Counted from the stretch's first letter, positions 36,230 through 45,744 are shown. The stretch: DNA of 63,565 bases from a virus (IMGVR_UViG_3300021478_000029:1-63565); one strand, 5' to 3'. Translations and numbers: made by a program. The notes: generated by a model from the sequence alone, not told the origin.

Positions 36230-37521
36230 TGAAGCGACGCAAGCTGCTATCTGGGGCTGCGGCCGTAGCGGCGGTCGCTGGTTTGCCGCGTGACGCTCGG
36301 GCGGCAATCGTAAATCCGCCGGCGCCGCCTATCCCGCCTTTCGTGACGACTGCGGCAAACTTGGCGCCAGTTTATCGTAACCTCGCGACCAAATGTGCAT
36401 TTGCGAATGCCGGGGCCGTCACAGGCAACACCAACTACCGCGGCAGGATAAGGCTTACCGCTGTAGCGGATATCGTCGATCCGGTGGTGGTATATGGCAA
36501 CTTCTCGGGGGGGCTTCTACCCGAAGTAGACCCTGTCAATAATGGGATCACGTTCCGCGCCGCCATCGAGTACCCGATTGGAACGGGCCTTACGCCACTC
36601 TGGTACAACGGCTCGCGGGATATGGTGCTTGCCCCCGGTGGGCAAGGCGGGTTCGACGCAGCCGGCATTCTGATCCCGGCAGGCTCAGCATTCTACGCCC
36701 ACACGCGGATGATCGTTGGGACAACCGGTGAGACGATCGGCCCGACCAGCACGATCATTCAGGGCACAACGGACGGCTATCAGCTAGATCAACTCACGAC
36801 TGACAATACGTCTACGATCGGCGCGACCTACGCGACGACAAATCAAAACTTTAATATTGGCCCTTTGGCTGTTCTTGGACGCCTCCGCGCCTCCGTAGGA
36901 GTTCCGTCCGTGCTCATCCTTGGGGACAGCATTGCGGCGGCAACAGGCGATACCAATAGGGATTACTCAGGCTTTATCGCGCGCGGCATCGGAGCGACGT
37001 TGCCTTTTATGACGTTAGCAAAATCGAGCGCGCAAGCGAACCATTGGACCGCCTCTCGAATTTACTCACACGTCGCGGCTGCGGCTGCTTGCGGGGCGAC
37101 GCATGCGATTAGTGATATGGGCACTAATGACCTCGGAGCCGGGCGCACGGTCGCGCAAATTCAAGCTGATCTGATCGCCTTTTGGACGTTGTTCACGTCA
37201 CGCCGGATCAAAGTCTGGCAGACGACGCAGACGCCGCACACAACCAGCACTGACACGTGGGCCACTTTGGGCAACCAGACGCCCCTTGCGGCTTATTCTA
37301 CGAACAACGCCTGGGCGACGCTCAACGACTGGATCAGGACGACGCCCGCGCCCCTCTCGGGTTACATCGAAGTCGCGGATACCGTGACGCCATCACGCAA
37401 CACTTGCGCGTGGAATGTAGGCTCCGTCTATCTCACGGACGGATTTGGTCTACACCCCAGCCCGGCCGGGCACGCGGCAATGGCCGTCCCCGTTGCTGCT
37501 GCTGTAGCGACCTTCACCTGA
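36229..37521 (+). CDS. SGNH/GDSL esterase with Tat-like signal peptide
   Basis: MKRRKLL...ARA; LGDSI, GTND, DGFGLHP. Confidence 0.85.
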   Translation: MKRRKLLSGAAAVAAVAGLPRDARAAIVNPPAPPIPPFVTTAANLAPVYRNLATKCAFANAGAVTGNTNYRGRIRLTAVADIVDPVVVYGNFSGGLLPEVDPVNNGITFRAAIEYPIGTGLTPLWYNGSRDMVLAPGGQGGFDAAGILIPAGSAFYAHTRMIVGTTGETIGPTSTIIQGTTDGYQLDQLTTDNTSTIGATYATTNQNFNIGPLAVLGRLRASVGVPSVLILGDSIAAATGDTNRDYSGFIARGIGATLPFMTLAKSSAQANHWTASRIYSHVAAAAACGATHAISDMGTNDLGAGRTVAQIQADLIAFWTLFTSRRIKVWQTTQTPHTTSTDTWATLGNQTPLAAYSTNNAWATLNDWIRTTPAPLSGYIEVADTVTPSRNTCAWNVGSVYLTDGFGLHPSPAGHAAMAVPVAAAVATFT

Positions 37522-37690
37522 TGCATTTGATGTGGCTACCGTGGCCAACGTCATAGCGACGGTCACGCTGACCCCCATTTGAAGGATAAATTTCCGTGAG
37601 CGGACTGTTCTTAACTGACGCCGGTCGGCGCGGGGCCGATCAAAGCATGGTTGGGTTAGTCCCGTCAGTAGCGGGTCATTGATGCCCGCG

Positions 37691-37865
37691 CGCCGCACCC
37701 TCGACCGGAGACACTTGCATGATCCGATGGCTTCTAGCCGCGCTGGCGTTGCTGGCGCTTGCGCTCCCTGCCGCTGCGCAACCGACCGCGCCGCCAGTGA
37801 GCGCTCAAAATCCAGTCTATACCTACTGCTGGAATGGCACATCGGTCGCAATCTGCGGGTCACCG
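37691..37865 (+). repeat. Imperfect direct repeat, copy 2
   Basis: See copy 1; differences are largely synonymous. Confidence 0.9.
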
Positions 37866-38645
37866 GGCACGTCACCGTCTGTTGGCGTGCTTCAGCAAGG
37901 CCCGTGGACGCTTTCTCAGCCGGATGCCGATGTCGGCCTCGATCAGACCTATACGGCGGCATTCACCACAACCGCGCAGTCTCTCACATTCGCCACGACC
38001 GGCTTCGGCTCGATCAGCGTCGTTACCGACTTCACCTCCGGTGTGGGAACCCTAGCATATCAGGAAGGACCGACGAACAGTGGCCCATGGTCCAACACAC
38101 GGTGCCTTACTGACAATGCCAACGCCAACATATCGACCTCGGCATCCGTCCTCTCGTCTACCGTCACGACATCCATCACCTGTCCGGTACAGTCGCTTTA
38201 TTTTCATATCGTCGCCAACCCGGTAACATCCGGCACGATCAACGTCACGGCAATGGGGCGCTTCGTTCCGAAGCAAACCGCGATCCAGGTACTTAAATCG
38301 CCTGCGACATTCACGCGTATAATGAGCGCGGCCACTACCAACGCCACGCCCGTGGCAGGTTCTCCGGCCCTTCTGTATCAGATATTTGCATGCAACTCGA
38401 ATGCCGCCGCGCGCACAGTCCACGTCTATAATACCAACGGGACTCCAACGGCAGGATCAGGAACTCCGGTTATCTCGGTTCTAGTGCCTCCGGCGAATTG
38501 TTCCCCCACGTTTGGCGTCGATAGAAGCGTCTTGTTCCCGAGCGGAATAGGCTTGACGATAACTGCGGGATTTGTCGATAGCGACGCGGTTGCCGTTGCA
38601 GCAGGAGATGTCTCGGTCACTGTTCTGTGGGCCACTTCGCCATGA
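37719..38645 (+). CDS. Sec-signal-peptide protein, module B adaptor
   Basis: Shares its first ~49 residues with 35768-36229; Thr/Ser-rich beta domains follow. Confidence 0.8.
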   Translation: MIRWLLAALALLALALPAAAQPTAPPVSAQNPVYTYCWNGTSVAICGSPGTSPSVGVLQQGPWTLSQPDADVGLDQTYTAAFTTTAQSLTFATTGFGSISVVTDFTSGVGTLAYQEGPTNSGPWSNTRCLTDNANANISTSASVLSSTVTTSITCPVQSLYFHIVANPVTSGTINVTAMGRFVPKQTAIQVLKSPATFTRIMSAATTNATPVAGSPALLYQIFACNSNAAARTVHVYNTNGTPTAGSGTPVISVLVPPANCSPTFGVDRSVLFPSGIGLTITAGFVDSDAVAVAAGDVSVTVLWATSP

Positions 38646-40006
38646 GGAACGCAATTGCGCTGTTGCTGGCAATGGGTCTGCTGACCGGAACAGCCCATGC
38701 CTATTGCGCGGGACCATCGCGCGCCTCTGGCAACATCACCGTTAGCGGTGCCACGATCCTGAAGGACGGCACCCCGTGGATCATGAAAGGCACGACAGTC
38801 CTGGGGGCGCAGGGCACGAATGCCTACAACGCGACCGATGCTGGCATAGCAGCATCTGTGGCGGCATGGGGACAGGCTGAGATTGCTGCCATCAAGGCAA
38901 TCGGCGTCGATACGGTCAGGGTACAGGTGCAGCAAGTCTATGCCGACCCAGGTTCGGCGCATTACGACGCCGCCTATCTCGCGCTTGTGATCTCTGCCAT
39001 TAGGCAACTACGTGATGCCGGTTTTGTCGTCATGCCGACGATGTTCTGGCTGCACGTCGATGCGAACAATATCGGCACGCCGGACGGACCAAGCCCGGCA
39101 ACCTGGCGAGCGTGGCGCGCGGTGATGCCGCAGTTCGCCTGCGATCAGGGCGTTGTGCCAGATATCGCCAACGAGCCGCTGGCCGAGGCGGACAGCATCC
39201 CGCAATCATGGTGGGCATGGCAGGCGCAACATCAGCCGATCGTCGATATGTTCCGCTCGTGGGGAGCGAAGAACGCCATCATCGTCGAGGGCATGCTCGA
39301 TGCCGGCTACATGACCGGAGCCAATGCTGCGACGGCCGGGACAGGCTACGTCGTGGGCGATGTGCTGTCGGCTGTCGGTGGTACCTACGGCTATCCCGCG
39401 AGGTTCTCGATCACGACGGTGGATGGCGGCGGCGGATGCGTAACGCTGACGCTCAAAAGCAAAGGCTCGTACTATCCTGGGGCGTTCTATCTGCCAATCA
39501 ATCCGGCCGCTACGACAGGCGGCCACGGCAGTGGGTGTACGCTGACGCTGTTGCCGACCACGCACGCGGCATTGAGCGGGCAGACAGCCACGGCGGCAAC
39601 GCTGGCCCTGGTCGGCGTCTCGGGCCTCGCTGACCCCCGCAAGAGCCTGATTTATTCGATTCACCTCTATGTCAATGCCGGACTTGGGACGCCAGATACA
39701 TGGGCTGCGCGGTGGACCTATCTGTCCGGGGTGCTTCCGGTGCAGATCGGCGAGTGGGACCTTGCGTCGCAGTTGGCATGCAATACCGATCTGGCGACGT
39801 ACGTCACGACGTTTCTACAAACGGTACAGTCTGCCGGGTATGGCCTATCCGTCTGGGCCTACGATCAGACGCCGGAAATGGTGACTGACCTCGCGACGTT
39901 CACACCGACAACCTACGCCGCGTTTGCCTGCGGCGGCGCGAACGTCGGCGGTCCCGGCAATACGATCTCGAACTACTGGAAGACGGGAACAGTGACCATC
40001 CAATGA
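38642..40006 (+). CDS. Glycoside hydrolase family 5-like enzyme with signal peptide
   Basis: ATG 38642 (ATGA overlap), MRNAIALLLAMGLLTGTAHA; GVDTVRV, DIANEP, YSIHLY, IGEW, VWAY. Confidence 0.82.
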   Translation: MRNAIALLLAMGLLTGTAHAYCAGPSRASGNITVSGATILKDGTPWIMKGTTVLGAQGTNAYNATDAGIAASVAAWGQAEIAAIKAIGVDTVRVQVQQVYADPGSAHYDAAYLALVISAIRQLRDAGFVVMPTMFWLHVDANNIGTPDGPSPATWRAWRAVMPQFACDQGVVPDIANEPLAEADSIPQSWWAWQAQHQPIVDMFRSWGAKNAIIVEGMLDAGYMTGANAATAGTGYVVGDVLSAVGGTYGYPARFSITTVDGGGGCVTLTLKSKGSYYPGAFYLPINPAATTGGHGSGCTLTLLPTTHAALSGQTATAATLALVGVSGLADPRKSLIYSIHLYVNAGLGTPDTWAARWTYLSGVLPVQIGEWDLASQLACNTDLATYVTTFLQTVQSAGYGLSVWAYDQTPEMVTDLATFTPTTYAAFACGGANVGGPGNTISNYWKTGTVTIQ

Positions 40007-40155
40007 GCACCCCAACAGTGTCATCCTTCTGGTGATGAGCGGGACAGTGGTGACGTGCCTGTTCCAATCGCGCCCCGTTGCATGCCAAGCCGTCAAGCAA
40101 TGGGTTCCGCCGCGATTGCTGAAGGACATTCCAAGCTCCTGCCAATGATGGATTG

Positions 40156-40503
40156 ATGATGCCAGCGCGTCGCATTCTGATAGTTGAAGACGATTTGATG
40201 CTCTCTGAGATGCAGCGGGACTTGCTGACCAGGGCCGGCTTTGAGGCAACGGTCCTGGGGAGCCTGCTTGACGCCTATCAGCGCGAGACATGGACCGGCA
40301 TCGACATCGCCATCGTTGATCTATGGTTGCCGCCGCCGATGAAGGGCACAGAAGTTATGGCCTTCCTGGCGTCAAATTTTCCGGCGATCCGGCGCGTCAT
40401 GGTCACCGCTGATGATGAGGCACCGCAGACGGCGCGCGATCTTGCCCACGTCGTGCTGATCAAACCTTATACCGGGCCGGTCCTGATCGGGGCGCTAGAG
40501 TAA
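40156..40503 (+). CDS. Single-domain response regulator (CheY-like receiver)
   Basis: ILIVEDD, IAIVDLWLP (phosphoacceptor D), VMVTA, LIKPY. Confidence 0.9.
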   Translation: MMPARRILIVEDDLMLSEMQRDLLTRAGFEATVLGSLLDAYQRETWTGIDIAIVDLWLPPPMKGTEVMAFLASNFPAIRRVMVTADDEAPQTARDLAHVVLIKPYTGPVLIGALE

Positions 40504-40506
40504 CGC

Positions 40507-41004
40507 ATGGCCGAGCCTGAAGACCGCGCCAGCTTCGCCTCCCGCGCCGAGGCGCAGCGGATGGAGTTGCTGGCTGAATTGCGCCAGCAGCTTCAGCCCG
40601 AGAACAAGAAATGGCTCAACTTCTCCACGCGGATCGATCTCGGACACTTGCTGACGGCGCTGACAATCGTGGTCGGCGCATTGGTCTATGTGCTAGGCTA
40701 TGCCAACAAGACTGATGAGGCGATCAAGACGGCGAATGATGTGAAGGTAACTGTTACATCCCAGATCACGGAACTAAAGACGACGATCAATGACGGCAAC
40801 AATGAGATCAAGCGTCAGATCGCCAATTTGCCGGACGTAGCAGCACGGCTCCACGGGGCCGAACAGCGGCTTGATCAGAATGAGGCGGACCGCCACCGCA
40901 TTGACGGTGAGATTTCCCGGCTCGGCATCGTCGCAGCGCAAAATCGGTCAGACATCGACAACCTCATGCGGGCATCCTCGTATCCGCTTGGTCCGCGCCG
41001 GTGA
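40507..41004 (+). CDS. Single-TM coiled-coil protein (i-spanin-like)
   Basis: TM LLTALTIVVGALVYVLG followed by heptads; precedes a lipoprotein and the endolysin. Confidence 0.6.
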   Translation: MAEPEDRASFASRAEAQRMELLAELRQQLQPENKKWLNFSTRIDLGHLLTALTIVVGALVYVLGYANKTDEAIKTANDVKVTVTSQITELKTTINDGNNEIKRQIANLPDVAARLHGAEQRLDQNEADRHRIDGEISRLGIVAAQNRSDIDNLMRASSYPLGPRR

Positions 41005-41309
41005 GGCGTTTGCTGATACTGTTGCTGCTCGCCGGTTGCCGCACTGATCCGCCGCCGGCGCCGCGGGCACCGCCGCCGCCGCAGATTGATCTACCGTCTG
41101 ATCTACGGACCTGCTCGGGGACCGTGCACAAGCCGCCGGTGCCTCCCCGCATCCGGACGATAGAAAGCGTCGTGGTCTATGCCAACGCGCTTGAGGCTGC
41201 ACTGATGCAGTCGGAAGACGTGCGAACCGCATGCGCCCGCCGGCTCAATCGCGTCATCGAGAAGGTCGATGCCGCCAATGCCGCCGCCGCAGAGAGGACA
41301 CCGCAATGA
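41001..41309 (+). CDS. Pro-rich lipoprotein (o-spanin-like)
   Basis: MRRLLILLLLAG-C lipobox, poly-Pro, internal Cys residues. Confidence 0.7.
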   Translation: MRRLLILLLLAGCRTDPPPAPRAPPPPQIDLPSDLRTCSGTVHKPPVPPRIRTIESVVVYANALEAALMQSEDVRTACARRLNRVIEKVDAANAAAAERTPQ

Positions 41310-41863
41310 CCGTTGACGCCTTCACGGTGTGGGGGGCTTTCCTTATGACCGCGGAGGGGGAGCTCAGCACGGACCCGCGCGACGCCGGGAATTGGACTTC
41401 CGGCATGTGCTTCATCGGGACATGCAAGGGGACAAAATTCGGGATCTCAGCCGCCGCCTATCCGGACCTGGACATCGCCAACCTAACGTCTGAAGCCGCG
41501 CTCGCTCTCGCCAGGCGGGACTATTGGACGCCGTGCCATTGTGACGCGTTCCCGCCAGCGCTCGCCGTGGTCGTCGCAGACGCGGCCTACACGTCCGGGC
41601 CGCTCACGGCCAAGCGGGCACTTCAGCGCGCGCTGCTCGTGACGGCGGACGGTATTATCGGACCGGAGACGCTAGCCGCGGTCGCCAGTGCCGCGGTGGC
41701 GCATTCGGTCGCCGGGCTCCGCTCTGGCTTGGAGGACCTGCTCGTGGAGTTCATGGCGCAGCGTGAGGTTTACGAGACGGGCCTATCGAGTTTCCGGACC
41801 TTCGGCCTCGGATGGACCCGGAGGAATGCGCGAGCGCTCATGGTGGCGTGCACCTTGCTCTAA
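41306..41863 (+). CDS. Endolysin, glycoside hydrolase family 108
   Basis: EGELSTDPRDAGNWT...GTKFGISAAAYP...DGIIGPET...FGLGWTRR; ATG 41306. Confidence 0.9.
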   Translation: MTVDAFTVWGAFLMTAEGELSTDPRDAGNWTSGMCFIGTCKGTKFGISAAAYPDLDIANLTSEAALALARRDYWTPCHCDAFPPALAVVVADAAYTSGPLTAKRALQRALLVTADGIIGPETLAAVASAAVAHSVAGLRSGLEDLLVEFMAQREVYETGLSSFRTFGLGWTRRNARALMVACTLL

Positions 41864-41881
41864 CTCCGGCGTCATGGCCTC

Positions 41882-42080
41882 TGACAGCGTATATACGGCA
41901 TCAAGCCTGTAGGACGGGCCGTGAAGGCCTCTTCACTGTCCAGGTATCAGCGGGACCGGGACTAACAAGGGCATTCACGGGGGCCGTCAACTACCCTCCC
42001 ATTTGCGTCAGTTAGTCCGACATCAGCTGGCGTAACTACGCCCACTCTACACTGTCGTATATACTAAGTTCAAGTTGTCA
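41882..42080 (+). ncRNA. Putative structured non-coding RNA of unknown class
   Basis: Nested helices 41889-41900/42053-42064, 41959-41966/42011-42018, 41921-41936, 42029-42042; G-U pairs favour the + strand. Confidence 0.5.
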
Positions 42081-42143
42081 CTGCGGCACAGGGGTTACTT
42101 GCGTTTGGATTTTGTCAAATCGTGTTATTTCATGTTAATTCGG

Positions 42144-42174
42144 GGCCGGCGGGGCAACCTGCCGGCCTTTTCTT
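42144..42174 (+). terminator. Rho-independent terminator at the end of the late operon
   Basis: GGCCGGCGGG-GCAA-CCTGCCGGCC-TTTTCTT. Confidence 0.85.
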
Positions 42175-42202
42175 GTGCCCGGGCTCCGGGCAGAATCACC
42201 GC

Positions 42203-42511
42203 ATGCCAGACCTCATTCCCAACTTCACGACGCCGGAGGGCCGCGAGCTCGGCCGCCACATGGCGCGGCTCTGTGACGTGGAGCTCCTCGGCAAGCCGGA
42301 TCGCCGGTGTGCAACGTGCGCCTTTCGCGCCGGGGATCACTTGGCGAACGGGTCCCCGATAACCTTGATGTGCGCGCTCAAGTGTTCATTGGAGGGGACG
42401 CCGTTCTACTGCCACGAGGCAGACCGGCCGTGTGCCGGATGGTCCGCGATGCACGCGCGGCCGGGCAAGGCTATCCGGACTCTGTGGGAGCACTGCTGCG
42501 GATTCGATTAG
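42203..42511 (+). CDS. Cys-rich hypothetical protein
   Basis: CATCAFR...FYCHE...CAGW. Confidence 0.65.
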   Translation: MPDLIPNFTTPEGRELGRHMARLCDVELLGKPDRRCATCAFRAGDHLANGSPITLMCALKCSLEGTPFYCHEADRPCAGWSAMHARPGKAIRTLWEHCCGFD

Positions 42512-42541
42512 GGCGGGTTCGCGAATCGGGAATGGCGGGGA

Positions 42542-43060
42542 TCAACCCGAGTCATTGCGCCGTTTTTCTTGCCACCGCCGGGCAAGTTCCGCCTCTCGTC
42601 GCCGCGCAATCGCCGCCAGGGAGGGCAGGGCGGGGCCGCCGCGCCACTCAGGAGCCTCTTCCTTCCTAAAACTTACTTGCTTCCTTGCGGGCGCGTTCTT
42701 GCCACCATAGCGGAGCCGCACGTCCGGCCGCGGGATCGCCGGGCCGTTGGGCATGGTGCGCTCGTAGATATTGGCCTCCCGCCTCCTGAGAACGCCGTCA
42801 GCGGCCGTGCGGTAGGACCGGCGCCAGTGTAGCAGGCCAAGGGCTCCCGCCCGCCGTAGCGCCTCCCCTACGGTCCGCCGGTGGCAATGCGTGGCCGCCG
42901 CAAGCTCCGCGTGGGTCACCTGGCAGTGCCCGGCGTCCGCCATGTCCGCGACCAGGCTGATAATCACCCGATGGTTCTCGGTGATATTGTGGAGCGCCCG
43001 CTCAATCTGAAGCCGGAGCCGCCAGGTAAACAGGGTATCCGTCTCAAGCGAATATAGCAT
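42542..43060 (-). CDS. Winged-HTH protein resembling plasmid replication initiators
   Basis: ATG 43060 with GAGGGG SD; THAELAAATHCHRRTVGEALRRA..LGLLHW...REANIY. Confidence 0.65.
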   Translation of the reverse strand: MLYSLETDTLFTWRLRLQIERALHNITENHRVIISLVADMADAGHCQVTHAELAAATHCHRRTVGEALRRAGALGLLHWRRSYRTAADGVLRRREANIYERTMPNGPAIPRPDVRLRYGGKNAPARKQVSFRKEEAPEWRGGPALPSLAAIARRREAELARRWQEKRRNDSG

Positions 43061-43573
43061 CCGTCCCCTCTTCCGAGGGCGGCCCGCAAGACGTGCTCCA
43101 CCGCGGCAAGCTCGGGGCTTGCTTTTCCGGCCGGGGGATGGCACATGGATCGCCTGGTGTTGGCGATGTTCCCCGCTTCCAACGGGGGCGTGCTTTTCCG
43201 GAGACGGAAGCGGTGGGCGGTCTTTGTTGGGCCGCCCTACGTTTTTCAGCGCATTGCTATGACATCCTCTACCGCAGAATCGGCCGCGGGTCGCAAACCC
43301 TTGCACAACCGCAGGATTCTGGCGAGAGGCTATTCAATGGTGCGCGAGCGATACGTCCCGCCAGGCGCCGCGGCGCCACACTTTCACGCCGGCGTTGATC
43401 TAGATCAATGCCAAATCAACCCAGACGCGCTACGGTAGCGGCGTATTCTATATTCCGGCGCCGCGGGCCTACTCGGTTCGCTTCCGGACACCGGCCGGAT
43501 CGGCTATGAGCGCCGGTCGGCTCGCGGCGCTGCACTCCCGATCCATAGGCGTTCCGGCCATTGTGGCGTCCTC

Positions 43574-43849
43574 TCACTCAGGCGCGGTAACAACCGGGGC
43601 GATGCGGTCCGCCTTGACCAGCACGGCCGCGCGCGGGTCATCATCCCACGCCACGAAATAGCCGATGCCAGCGCGTCCGCCGTCAACGGAGCCGAGGACC
43701 GTGGCCAGGGTGCCGTCCGGGTGCCCGTCCCGCGGCTCACTGTTGACCTTGCGGACCCGACTCCCGTTGCGGAGTGCGCCAGGCGCTTCATCGCGAACGT
43801 GGAGGCCTTGCCAGCCCGGGAACAGCCGAAACGGGAGCTCCGCCATCAA
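43574..43849 (-). CDS. Hypothetical protein
   Basis: GSRVRKVNSEPRDGH...YFVAWDD; overlap-coupled. Confidence 0.65.
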   Translation of the reverse strand: MMAELPFRLFPGWQGLHVRDEAPGALRNGSRVRKVNSEPRDGHPDGTLATVLGSVDGGRAGIGYFVAWDDDPRAAVLVKADRIAPVVTAPE

Positions 43850-44184
43850 CCGGCCGTTGGCGGCACATAATCCGCCGGCGGCCGGACGAAGAGCGTTCCG
43901 TCATCCTCCGCAATCCATCCCTGCTCACGGCAGAATTTGGTGATGTCCTCACCGGCGGCCTCATGGAGCATCATCAGCATTTTCGCGTGCTCCAGTGGAA
44001 ACAGGGCGATCACACGGGACACGTCTTTCGGCACGTGCTGAAGCACGGCGCGGCGCATCGCGGCGAAGCCGGAGGCCTGGCCGGCGTTCAACATGGTCAC
44101 GATCGCCTCTTGGGATAGGCGCGGGTCCGTGGTCGTCACCTGCAACATCACCGCGAAGCTGAAGCGCTTTTCACTGTCCGCCAT
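43846..44184 (-). CDS. Hypothetical protein
   Basis: GGAG SD, 112 aa. Confidence 0.65.
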   Translation of the reverse strand: MADSEKRFSFAVMLQVTTTDPRLSQEAIVTMLNAGQASGFAAMRRAVLQHVPKDVSRVIALFPLEHAKMLMMLHEAAGEDITKFCREQGWIAEDDGTLFVRPPADYVPPTAG

Positions 44185-44199
44185 TGGATTGGAGCTCCC

Positions 44200-44511
44200 C
44201 TATTTCACCGCCTGATAGAGCGCGTCGAGTGCGCGGACCGCCGCCACGTAAAGCCGAAACACGTCCGACGAGGCGTATTGCAGGCCGCCTTTCGCCGCTT
44301 GAAGTCGAACTATCCCGTCCGCCGCCGCGTCCCCGAGGTTGTGGAGGACAAGCGCAGTGACCAACGCTCGCTCTTCCGCTGTGGCCGGCGCGTCGGTGTG
44401 CGGGTCAGGCATCGGCAGGCGCGCACCGCGGCCCTTGCCGTTCTCGCCGATGTGTTCCCACGTCGCCCAGAACTTGCACGAGTGGCAGGCTTCACCGCTC
44501 GGGTTTCGCAT
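44200..44511 (-). CDS. Hypothetical protein
   Basis: CHSCKFW at the N-terminus; AAGGGG SD. Confidence 0.55.
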   Translation of the reverse strand: MRNPSGEACHSCKFWATWEHIGENGKGRGARLPMPDPHTDAPATAEERALVTALVLHNLGDAAADGIVRLQAAKGGLQYASSDVFRLYVAAVRALDALYQAVK

Positions 44512-45155
44512 CGTATCCCCTTCTATAACTTGAGCGTTTGCAGGCGTGCCCCATCAGTCAGGCGCGGTAAGTGTCGGAGCGGCCTGTAAGGTGCGACGCT
44601 TCCAGGCGATGAACTCCTCAAGCCCGTCGAGCATGTGGTCGTCCTGCGCACCGCGGACGATCAGCCGGATGTAGTGCCCCTCTCGCGCCTCAACGCGGAA
44701 CACTTCTCGCTCTCCCTGCTCATTCGCCATTCAGCCCCTCCCTTGCATCCCGAGCGTTTGCAGGTCGAGTAACCGCTGTTGCTGCTGGTAATCGAGCCGC
44801 CCATTGGCTGCCTTCCCGCAAGCGAACGCGATTTCATCCATGCCGATCCGCGGCACCGTCCCCGCCTTCAGATCGGCGTGCAACTGGTCCGCCACCGTTT
44901 CGGCTATCTGCCGCAGGTCATCCATCGGACTGTCCCCTGTATGGCAGCAACCAGTCGGGGCAAGCATCTGGCGGCAGGACATTCGCGACGCGGCTACGTA
45001 GGCTGTCCAGCCCATCGTTTGACCAGTTCGCACCCTCGTCAGTCAGAGCATCGGACAGGGCCGCAATTAGCTGCCAGTGCGTCCGCATCATCTGCCAATG
45101 TACTGCGCTTGCTCGCTGTCTGTTGCGCGTCTCATATTCAATGTTACCCATCAGC

Positions 45156-45416
45156 CTACTCCCTCGGCTCGGGCGGCGGCGGCAGCGGCATCCAATGTGT
45201 TGGTTCCGACCATGGGGGATTGCCGTCTTTGGCAAACACCCACATGCCAGGACGATCCCGGCGCCAGATGTCCCATAGCAAGATCCCCCACCAATGGTCG
45301 CCCGCCACGACGCCGCGTTGCGCATCGGGCGGCGAGCCAGTGTGGCGGCCGTAAAAGAGTGCAGCATTGCCGTCCTTCGGGGCAGTCTCGATCGGCTGCC
45401 AGGGCGTTTGAATCAT
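45156..45416 (-). CDS. DUF551-like protein
   Basis: WQPIETAPKDG...PTHWMPLPPPP. Confidence 0.8.
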   Translation of the reverse strand: MIQTPWQPIETAPKDGNAALFYGRHTGSPPDAQRGVVAGDHWWGILLWDIWRRDRPGMWVFAKDGNPPWSEPTHWMPLPPPPEPRE

Positions 45417-45483
45417 CGGCCTACTCCCTATCGGACACTCGCAATTCGGCCACGGGCACACCGTAGGATGCTGGCAAATTCGC

Positions 45484-45744
45484 TCACAGGCGCAGCAGCC
45501 AGGACACAGCGAGCACGCCACCGATGAACCAGACAGGCCACCAGTAGGTGGCCCATGAAAAGAAGTCGTTGCGCGGCGGTCGCCACCAAGCGGTCTTGTG
45601 CGGGCAATCCGACCACGGACATCCTGGCCCGACGTCCTTCATGGTGATGTAGCAGGTGGAGCACCATGGACCGACGCCAGCAGGCTTGCGCGGGGCAATC
45701 AGCCGCTTGGCAAACTCTGGCGTGATTTCCTTCCTATCGCTCAT
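45484..45744 (-). CDS. Cys-rich protein with C-terminal TM segment
   Basis: CSTC...CPWSDCP; WWPVWFIGGVLAVSWLL. Confidence 0.5.
   Translation of the reverse strand: MSDRKEITPEFAKRLIAPRKPAGVGPWCSTCYITMKDVGPGCPWSDCPHKTAWWRPPRNDFFSWATYWWPVWFIGGVLAVSWLLRL

Noticed and set aside
35740-37865. Diversity-generating retroelement template/variable repeat pair
   Set aside because: Differences are not adenine-specific, repeats are at gene 5' ends, and there is no reverse transcriptase
41882-42080. Retron msr-msd, tmRNA, tRNA or hammerhead ribozyme
   Set aside because: No reverse transcriptase in the window; no T-loop/CCA acceptor arrangement; no CUGANGA/GAAA core
42113-42140. dif-like XerC/D site (TCATGTTAATT resembles the XerD arm)
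   Set aside because: Only one arm matches (9 of 11); the XerC-side sequence TGTCAAATCGT does not fit
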